DNA of 64,000 nt. Source: Treponema sp. Lineage in GTDB: Bacteria; Spirochaetota; Spirochaetia; Treponematales; Treponemataceae. Positions 57,146 to 64,000 of this stretch are shown one piece after another. The stretch spans positions 548-64,547 of the forward strand of contig NZ_JBQNBW010000004.1 of assembly GCF_052169735.1 (NCBI RefSeq), in the 5' to 3' direction. How positions within the stretch are numbered: the first letter of the stretch is position 1; each line of letters begins with the position of its first letter. The notes under the pieces are model-generated. The model saw only the letters and a list, made by a program, of their open reading frames with translations, did not search any database and was not told the origin of the DNA. Both the position numbers and the translations under genes were made by a program.

Positions 57146-59278
57146 ATGGATAATTTTAACAAAGGCGATGATGGATACGATCCTAATTTTTCTATTGATA
57201 ATAGTAATTCGGAAAAATTGGATATGTATGGCGTATGGCTTAAACAGCGGAAAGATATGGTAGAACCGGATAGCTCGGAAGATGTGGAATTATTCGGTGA
57301 AGACGATTCTGATGATGCTATGCATTTTGATGATGATTTTTCGTTTTCAGATTCTTTTTCCGATATAGATGATATGGACAATATAAATAGTGAGGTGCCG
57401 GAATTGGATGAGCTTAAGATGGACGATGATACAGAACCTGAGGTAATTCCATTGGAATCCACCTCTTCATATTCTTCGAACGATGATGCATCAGATATTG
57501 CGCTCGATGAAGACAGCTTCGAATCGCTTGATCTCGACGATTTCTTAAGCGATGACAGCCCCGCAGAATCAAATCATGAAGAAGGCGCTGATCCCGCAGA
57601 AGAAGAGCCGATTGATCTTGATTTTACAGATGATGCTGAGGAAGTTCCTGCTGCTGAAGAAGATGAAGAACCTCCGGCAGGATTGGAAAATTTTAGTGAA
57701 ATATCTCTGGAAGATTTTGAAGATGCGGATCATGGAGACGGCAGTCTTGAAGTGGTTGAGGATTTTGATGATATTCTTGCAGATGATGATGCGGGTAAAA
57801 GTTCAAATACTGAAAAACGCTCTGATTCTTCCACAATCGATCTGTCTGTAACAGTTGATGACGACGCGGATAAATTACAATCATTTACGGATGTTTCTTC
57901 CCAAGTGGTGGAGAATAACGCGGACATTCCGATTTTCGGAGGGGAAGAAAAGTCTGATACAGCCGCCGGTGATGCAGCCTTCTTTGACGATGTTGAGGCT
58001 GTGCAGAAGGATCTTCTTTCGCCGCAGCAGTCCGATGCGCATGCAGCACCCGCTGCTGAATCTGCAGCAGCGTCTGTTCCTGCCGATCCTGTGCATAGTG
58101 CAGTTGCGGATGATAAGGCTACTGCATTATTGATGAAAATTGCCGATGAAATCAGTGATTTGCGGGCGGAACTCAATAGCTTAAAGGCGGGGTTTGCTGC
58201 GCATACCAACGTTGGAGCGGCTGAAAACTCTCCTGTACAGGAAGAACCTGTTGCTGAGACCGAAAGCTCCGGTTTCTTTAGCGATGATGATACTGATGAA
58301 ACCATTTCATTGACCGGTGATGAATTGAACAATATTCTTATCACGGCTGATTTTACGGAAGAAAAGAACACCGAAGAAGACGAAGCTGTTGAACCTGTTT
58401 CGGAAGATTATGAAATTCCTCCCGTTTTGACCAAAGATATAGTGCCGGAAATTGATGAAACCGATGAAGCAAGCGTAACATCTGACGCTGAATTTGAAGC
58501 AAGCATTACCGAGCATTCCAAAGACAGTATTGCTGATGCGGCAGCGGTAGAGGGAGAGAAAGCGCTTGCTGCCGATCCCGTGTTCAATGTCGAAGCTGCC
58601 CCGATTACATCGCTGCCGGAAGATCTGAGCTATCTTGATGATGATCAATCTGCCGACAGTGCCGGCGCTGAAGTTACTGAAGGTGTTATAGCCCAAGGCG
58701 AGGCAGCCGATAGGAAAGAGGCTCTAAAAGCAGATGAGGATCAATTCTCACAGGAAGATACCGATATTGAGTCTTTCGATATTCCTTCCGAGCAAGAAAT
58801 CATCCTGCCGGAAGCAGAGAGTGCCTCAATAGATACGGAAGCTGCTCCGACTATTCACGAGCTGCAAGCGGATGAAGATTTTGCCAATCCTTTTGAGGAT
58901 CCTGCTAGTATCCCTGAGCTTGAAGATGAATTGATCGAAGAGCCGTTTGAAGCAGAGCCGATTGTGCCGTCAAAGGTATTTGAGGAAACAAAAGTTGAAG
59001 ATCAACCTGATGATATAGATGAATTGTCGGAGTTGGAGGAAGCTATTGAGGAGCCTGAACTTGAAGTTACAAAGCAGGACACTCTGTTGCAGGCTGCTAC
59101 TCGCAAGCGTGAACAAACTGTTTCAATGCCCTTGGAACTCAAGAATGAGATCAAATCCGTTCTTGCCTATATGGATCAGCTTTTAGAAGCCTTACCTGAA
59201 CAGAAAATAGAAGAGTTTGCAAAATCGGAGTATTTTGAAACATACAAACATCTGTTTGAAGAGTTAGGAATTTCCTGA
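57146..59278 (+). CDS. Very acidic, low-complexity protein with a conserved-looking C-terminal helical module
   Basis: 710-aa ORF dominated by D/E/S runs (for example EDDSDDAMHFDDDFSFSDSFSDIDDMD). The C-terminus LKNEIKSVLAYMDQLLEALPEQKIEEFAKSEYFETYKHLFEELGI is non-repetitive. Confidence 0.7.
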   Translation: MDNFNKGDDGYDPNFSIDNSNSEKLDMYGVWLKQRKDMVEPDSSEDVELFGEDDSDDAMHFDDDFSFSDSFSDIDDMDNINSEVPELDELKMDDDTEPEVIPLESTSSYSSNDDASDIALDEDSFESLDLDDFLSDDSPAESNHEEGADPAEEEPIDLDFTDDAEEVPAAEEDEEPPAGLENFSEISLEDFEDADHGDGSLEVVEDFDDILADDDAGKSSNTEKRSDSSTIDLSVTVDDDADKLQSFTDVSSQVVENNADIPIFGGEEKSDTAAGDAAFFDDVEAVQKDLLSPQQSDAHAAPAAESAAASVPADPVHSAVADDKATALLMKIADEISDLRAELNSLKAGFAAHTNVGAAENSPVQEEPVAETESSGFFSDDDTDETISLTGDELNNILITADFTEEKNTEEDEAVEPVSEDYEIPPVLTKDIVPEIDETDEASVTSDAEFEASITEHSKDSIADAAAVEGEKALAADPVFNVEAAPITSLPEDLSYLDDDQSADSAGAEVTEGVIAQGEAADRKEALKADEDQFSQEDTDIESFDIPSEQEIILPEAESASIDTEAAPTIHELQADEDFANPFEDPASIPELEDELIEEPFEAEPIVPSKVFEETKVEDQPDDIDELSELEEAIEEPELEVTKQDTLLQAATRKREQTVSMPLELKNEIKSVLAYMDQLLEALPEQKIEEFAKSEYFETYKHLFEELGIS

Positions 59279-59294
59279 TCCCTCTTTGTTTAAT

Positions 59295-59320
59295 ACCGCT
59301 ATGCGATGTTGCATAGCGGT
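59295..59320 (+). other. 10-bp hairpin between the acidic-protein gene and the first DUF115 gene
   Basis: ACCGCTATGC-GATGTT-GCATAGCGGT. No T tract. Ends 12 nt before the ATG at 59332. Confidence 0.5.
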
Positions 59321-59331
59321 TATATGTATCT

Positions 59332-60834
59332 ATGCCTTCCTTTCGCCTACATTCAAACTATAATCCCCATAAAGAAGCAGAACAATTTGTAAACACTATT
59401 GAGGGCAACCCTTCAATTATTGTGATAACAGAGCCGGGTGAGTCGTACCTTGCACCGGCATTGCGTTCTTCGTTTCCAGGGGCACGTCTGATTGCCATAC
59501 GGTATACCGACGATTTGTTTTCCGACTCCGATACGCTGTGGGATAGTGTTTGGCGCCCGTTACGGGGAAATTTACCGTTTTTTTTGCTTGCACATATACC
59601 GGATGAACTGCTCGGCGCTGTCCGCTTTTTAAGCTGGAAAGCTGCCGATAAAGCCTTTCCCAGTCAGGCTGATGCTGTATGGAAAGGTATCAGGTATACA
59701 ATTGATTTATTAACCAGTGTGATGCATACCCGCTCCTTTTTTGGGCGTACATGGCTCAAAAATATGATTGATAATGCAGTGAGGCTTGACCATCCGGCAG
59801 AAATACACTTTGGTTCGCAGGATTTTATACTTGCAGGAGCGGGACCGAGTTTACAGTATATGACAGCCGTACAAACGGAGCCCTATACCCTTGTTGCGGT
59901 TACCTCTGCATACGCAGCGCTTGCCGCACGTGCTATTCAGCCTCAGTTTTGTATCAGTACGGATGCAGGGTATTGGGCGCGCCGCTTATTCGACGGTATT
60001 CCGCATACGGTACCGCTTGCATTTCCGTTAGAAGCAGCCGTGCCGGCAGCGATGCTGCAGCATAATCCTTGTGCGCTGCTTTCTTACGGTTCTCCGCTTG
60101 AAACCATGCTCTGTACAGCGCTTGGCTTGTTTCCGCTTGCAGCCCGTGAAAACGGCACTGTAACGGGAACAGCCTGTGATCTTTTGCTGCGCCATACGAA
60201 GCAGCAGATTATACTTGCCGGAGTTGATTTAGCCGCAACACAAGGATTGAGCCATGTGCAGCCGCATCAAAGTACGGTGCGGCTGCTGTGTAGTGCAGAC
60301 CGGATTCACCCTTTTGCTGCATCGCTTGCAACACAGCAGTTTCAAACACAATCACTCGAGATCTACCGGCAGTGGTTTTTGCAGCTGGCGCCGGAACGAA
60401 CAAAACGGCTTTTCCGGGTGAGGGCAGGGGGAGCTGCTCTTCCGAATATTACTACACTCGATGCTATTCCCATACCGCAGCAAAAAACACTGGAGAATTC
60501 CGGGGCATTATGTTCTATTCCGGCAGTGAATAAGGAAAAAGCCCTTCAGCCGTTTTCTATCCGGTCATATACAATCGCTGCCTTTTCCGAGCGTATGCAG
60601 ACAGTGCATTCGCTGCTATCCGCATTGCATACTGAGATTTCCGCTATTATTACCGAAAATCCGCAGCAGTTAGCGGCTCAAACTGTATCAATAGAAAAAC
60701 AGGTGTGTGCACTCTGCGGGTATACCGCCTACTGCAATGTGTTAAAAGCCCCTGCTGATAGAGAATCGCAGCATCAGCTTGCTGAACAAGTAGACGGAGT
60801 GTTTGCACGGCTGCTGAAAAGGACGGCTGTATGA
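59332..60834 (+). CDS. DUF115 (MptE-like) / Maf-like protein, divergent paralog
   Basis: LAGAGPSL...YTLVAV...IQPQFCISTDAG aligns with the GAGPSL...IIPEFFIALDPQ core of the next gene. Confidence 0.65.
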   Translation: MPSFRLHSNYNPHKEAEQFVNTIEGNPSIIVITEPGESYLAPALRSSFPGARLIAIRYTDDLFSDSDTLWDSVWRPLRGNLPFFLLAHIPDELLGAVRFLSWKAADKAFPSQADAVWKGIRYTIDLLTSVMHTRSFFGRTWLKNMIDNAVRLDHPAEIHFGSQDFILAGAGPSLQYMTAVQTEPYTLVAVTSAYAALAARAIQPQFCISTDAGYWARRLFDGIPHTVPLAFPLEAAVPAAMLQHNPCALLSYGSPLETMLCTALGLFPLAARENGTVTGTACDLLLRHTKQQIILAGVDLAATQGLSHVQPHQSTVRLLCSADRIHPFAASLATQQFQTQSLEIYRQWFLQLAPERTKRLFRVRAGGAALPNITTLDAIPIPQQKTLENSGALCSIPAVNKEKALQPFSIRSYTIAAFSERMQTVHSLLSALHTEISAIITENPQQLAAQTVSIEKQVCALCGYTAYCNVLKAPADRESQHQLAEQVDGVFARLLKRTAV

Positions 60835-62333
60835 CCGTTTTTGAGCGTAATCTTGCCGTAATTACCGTGAAAGCGCCGCATATAGCGGAAATACTGCGAA
60901 AAACCTCCAGCGGTACCGCTTATAAAGATGTAGTTGTTGCAAAAACAGGTCTATCCGTACCGGTTTTTGCAACAGGGCAGGCTCTACACTCTCTTTATGA
61001 TCCTGCACGGGAATCCGAACGCGCCTTACCGGCTGAGTCCGGTTTTATGCTGTTTGGCGGACTCGGCAGCGGTATTCAGATATCTGCATTCTTGCAAAAA
61101 TATCCTCACAGTGTTTGCGCTGTTACGGAAGCCGACTATCCTTCATTAAAACAATTACTTAGTTTAATTGACTATACCGATATTTTGTCTGACAGCAGGG
61201 TTTTTCTCCTTCCTCCATGCACCGATTCTGCATTTATCGCGGCTTTGACGGAAACATATCTTCCTGCCCTGCATGGCACCTTCGGCTGTTATCTCTTACG
61301 GGCATGGAGCGGTTATTTTAAAGACGCAGCAGATCATCTCAGTACATGTATCGAAACAGGACTTGAAAAAATAAAAGCTGATTTTTCCGTGCAGGCTCAC
61401 TTCGGGAAAATATGGGTACGGAATATTTTTCTCAATTTGCAGCTGGCAAGCTGTATAACGCCCCAGTATCCCAATATTGATACAGCCCGTACTGCTTTTA
61501 TCGTGGGGGCGGGTCCCAGTTTGGACAGCTGTTTGGATAAGTTTGCGCAGCAGCGGCAGCGCTATACACTGTTCTGTACGGATACAGCGCTGCCTGTTCT
61601 ACTTGCACACGGGATTATACCGGAGTTTTTTATCGCGCTTGATCCTCAGTCCATATCGTATCTCCATACGTGCGGCACCATCCCGCGCAGTATTACCGGG
61701 ATTTTTGACCTCTCAGCGCAAAAAACGGTATCCCGCCGTTTTTATGAAAACGGAAACCCGCTGTTTTTCACTGCCGGTAATCATCCGCTGGTGCAAACAG
61801 CTGCTGCGTTTTCTCCATTTCCGCAGCTGAATACCGTATCCGGGACTGTCGCTGTTGCGGCGTATCATGCTGCGCAGTCGCTGGGATTCCGCCGGATTGA
61901 ATGCACCGGGATGGATTTTGCCTACACCGGCGGGCAGGCATACGCGCGGGGTACCTATCTCACAGCGCTTTATACCAACGCAGCAAGCCGGATTCTGCCG
62001 GAGGAAGATGCCTTTATCCGCCTTATGTTCCGGACACCGGTATACCATGAAGAGATAAACGGTAAATACACGTATAAAAGCAGTCTCTTAGATTCATACC
62101 GAACCGCCTTTGAAGCCGAAAAAAAGCTGTTTTCTCCGTGGAATCCTGCTGAATTCCGGCAATTTCCTTATAAACAGTTCATAAAAGCGCTGCAGCAGCG
62201 TATAGCAGCCTGCAATCGTGATGTACTGATGGGTTTCTTTCCCTTTCTTGCATGGTATACTGTGCATGGAAACGCAAATTTTGACGGTATGGAACTTGTA
62301 TCGGAAGTGATTTCTGGGTATACTAAGCCGTGA
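60831..62333 (+). CDS. DUF115 (MptE-like) motility-accessory-factor (Maf)-like protein
   Basis: FIVGAGPSLD...CTDTALPVLLAHGIIPEFFIALDPQ matches the DUF115 core as I recall it. ATGA overlap with the upstream gene. Confidence 0.75.
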   Translation: MTVFERNLAVITVKAPHIAEILRKTSSGTAYKDVVVAKTGLSVPVFATGQALHSLYDPARESERALPAESGFMLFGGLGSGIQISAFLQKYPHSVCAVTEADYPSLKQLLSLIDYTDILSDSRVFLLPPCTDSAFIAALTETYLPALHGTFGCYLLRAWSGYFKDAADHLSTCIETGLEKIKADFSVQAHFGKIWVRNIFLNLQLASCITPQYPNIDTARTAFIVGAGPSLDSCLDKFAQQRQRYTLFCTDTALPVLLAHGIIPEFFIALDPQSISYLHTCGTIPRSITGIFDLSAQKTVSRRFYENGNPLFFTAGNHPLVQTAAAFSPFPQLNTVSGTVAVAAYHAAQSLGFRRIECTGMDFAYTGGQAYARGTYLTALYTNAASRILPEEDAFIRLMFRTPVYHEEINGKYTYKSSLLDSYRTAFEAEKKLFSPWNPAEFRQFPYKQFIKALQQRIAACNRDVLMGFFPFLAWYTVHGNANFDGMELVSEVISGYTKP

Positions 62334-63958
62334 TGAAGAAGCTATTGATGTTGGTATATGCCGCTTGTGCTATGCTCGTGATTATTGGAAGTTTGTTATG
62401 GTTTGGTTTCACCCTTCGCAGCGATTCGTTATTGGGGAAGGCGGAGGCTTTGAAGCATTTTAAAGCATTCACACAGCGGACTGCCGATGTTTTTGCAGAC
62501 CAATCATCGGAAGATGATTCTATCTTGTTGCAAACAAAACTCGAGCAGCTTTGCCGCAACTATCAAAAATATATCCGTACCGTATTGATAAGAGATTCTG
62601 CCGGGATACTGTTTAGCTGGCCGCAGAATGCCGATATTTTTTCGTATACTGAACAGCGGGTGGTTACGGTTAAGAATTTGCCGCTCTTTTTTACTGCCGC
62701 TCAAATGCATATCCCCGTGCAGAATCTGAATACGGAGATTACTGTGCATGCTGCATTGCAGACGGTTCCCGTGGAAACTGTTTTTAATCGTGGGCGTGTT
62801 GTGTTTTTCCTCTTATTGCTTATCGTTCTATTGACGATAGCTGCATTGATTTTTTCATACATTGATTTTAAAGACAGCGGTGAGGGAAAACGGTCCGTTC
62901 CGGTACAGGATGATACACCGCTGAATGCTAAAACGGGGGCGGAAACATCACCGATGAAAGAAGACTCTGGAGAGGCCCCTACTCAAACACCCGATTCGTC
63001 CCCGGCTGATAAGACAACTGATGCAGCATCCGCTATGGGTACTAGCGCAGCTCCGGAAGAATCCTCAGATGTCTCGATTACCGAGGCTCCCATAGAAGTG
63101 GATGCTTCTTTACCGTTGAGCGCTCAGCTTGAATCACTTAACCGCCTGCATATCTATGAAGATAATCACACGGATGATGCCCGCACAGATACCGCTCAAA
63201 CTTCATCTGCCGCAGCATCTGGTGAGATGAAACCGGTAGGTACTATGGAAGAACCTGCTGAAATTGAACACCAGGCATCTTCAAATGATGTAGATACATC
63301 TGCATCAGCTGTTCAAGCTGTTAATGAGAAAAACTCTGCCGGTGCCATACCGCCTCGTGCTATGTATGCGGAAAACTACGGCTCTTTTGAAAACTATAAT
63401 CAGCCCCAAGCTCCTAAGGAAGCCTCGGAACAAGCCGCTTCTTCAGTGCCGTTTGAACCTGCTCCTGATCTATATCCGGACACTTCTGCAGCTCATTCTT
63501 TGGCACAGGCTACCATTATTGAAGAGCTTACAACCGCTATTACCGAAACATCTGTGGCGGAAGAGGATTTAACCTTATTGCTTGTTCATGCACGAGGTAT
63601 TGCACAAAACCAGCAGGTAACGCACTTGCTGCGGGGAACGCTTGACCGGATTCACAAAGTCTTTACATTTAATCAAGATACACTTGGGTTAATTGTTTTC
63701 TATGCACCTCTTGATCAAGGAATGCAGATAGCAAATCACCTTTACGATGAAGTTTATGCGATTTTAAAAGACCCTGCTGATAAAAAATCACTCCGTATAG
63801 GACTTACCACACGGGCAGGACGGTTAATCCCGGCAAACCGCATGATTGAGGAAGCAAGCGCTGCAATCGGCAAGGCGATTCAAGAAGATAATGATCCGAT
63901 CGTTGCTTTTAGGGTTAATCCGGAAAAGTATCGGCGGTGCCTTGCACGATTGAGTTAG
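62333..63958 (+). CDS. Two-TM membrane protein with a periplasmic loop, a low-complexity linker and a possible degenerate GGDEF-like C-terminal domain
   Basis: TM segments at about aa 5-25 and 165-190. The C-terminal 150 aa show a GGDEF-fold-like spacing (DTLGLIVFY in place of GGDEF; SLRIGLTTRAG). The start overlaps the upstream stop (GTGATG). Confidence 0.55.
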   Translation: MKKLLMLVYAACAMLVIIGSLLWFGFTLRSDSLLGKAEALKHFKAFTQRTADVFADQSSEDDSILLQTKLEQLCRNYQKYIRTVLIRDSAGILFSWPQNADIFSYTEQRVVTVKNLPLFFTAAQMHIPVQNLNTEITVHAALQTVPVETVFNRGRVVFFLLLLIVLLTIAALIFSYIDFKDSGEGKRSVPVQDDTPLNAKTGAETSPMKEDSGEAPTQTPDSSPADKTTDAASAMGTSAAPEESSDVSITEAPIEVDASLPLSAQLESLNRLHIYEDNHTDDARTDTAQTSSAAASGEMKPVGTMEEPAEIEHQASSNDVDTSASAVQAVNEKNSAGAIPPRAMYAENYGSFENYNQPQAPKEASEQAASSVPFEPAPDLYPDTSAAHSLAQATIIEELTTAITETSVAEEDLTLLLVHARGIAQNQQVTHLLRGTLDRIHKVFTFNQDTLGLIVFYAPLDQGMQIANHLYDEVYAILKDPADKKSLRIGLTTRAGRLIPANRMIEEASAAIGKAIQEDNDPIVAFRVNPEKYRRCLARLS

Positions 63959-64000
63959 CGGTTGCTGCGGGTGAGGTGGGGATTGTTTGGATAATACGAT

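Noticed and set aside
57730-58371. 213-aa minus-strand ORF and other short ORFs inside the acidic-protein gene
   Set aside because: They are antisense frames of a GAN-rich (Asp/Glu codon) region and stay open by composition. No start-site signals are present.
1-64000. Search by eye for rRNA, tRNA, CRISPR arrays, transposases, integrases and prophage genes
   Set aside because: I saw no tRNA-like T-arm or acceptor patterns in the intergenic regions, no regularly spaced direct repeats of CRISPR type, and no ORF with transposase, integrase or phage structural motifs.

Overview
This 64-kb window looks like a chromosomal segment of a spirochete, most likely a host-associated Treponema. That assignment is an inference from four things: a minus-strand hslV-hslU-flgB-flgC-fliE-fliF-fliG-fliH-fliI-fliJ block (40.9-50.2 kb), two adjacent FlaA-family flagellar sheath genes, a second truncated FliG paralog, and a BspA-type LRR fragment. 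The rest is mostly housekeeping and transport. It includes a partial ABC exporter, L-lactate permease, two CUT1-type sugar ABC modules, gpsA, fused aroD/aroE, rpiA, mtnN, aminopeptidase P, ruvC, deoD, a CapA-like protein and ackA. It also includes a DUF4912 protein plus a GH57 branching enzyme, gpmA, a ZinT-like lipoprotein, mraY, tcdA, fabH, fabD, a CoA-disulfide reductase with a rhodanese domain, and tsaC. I found no rRNA, tRNA, CRISPR array, transposase or integrase. The signals worth a second look are as follows. (1) A (TTACT)6 coding repeat in the signal-peptide codons puts an exported-protein gene out of frame, which looks like a phase-variation switch. (2) At least three families of short structured intergenic repeats are present. 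One is a 127-nt three-hairpin MITE-like element, with a copy inserted between hslV and hslU. One is a roughly 100-nt leader-like element ending in a Shine-Dalgarno sequence, with compensatory stem changes between copies and a 146-bp tandem duplication. One is a REP-like palindrome, GGCATCYCTAAAAACT/AGTTTTTAGARATGCC. (3) A repeat-rich accessory stretch at 20.5-25.2 kb holds a frameshifted LRR gene, a FliG paralog that lacks the N domain and the EHPQR motif, an orphan AAA+ ATPase, and 1 kb of non-coding DNA. (4) A translationally coupled pair encodes a small protein and a PD-(D/E)xK-like protein. (5) A co-directional cluster encodes a very acidic protein, two DUF115/Maf-like proteins and a membrane sensor with a possible degenerate GGDEF domain. 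All functional calls rest on motif recognition by eye. No database search was run.
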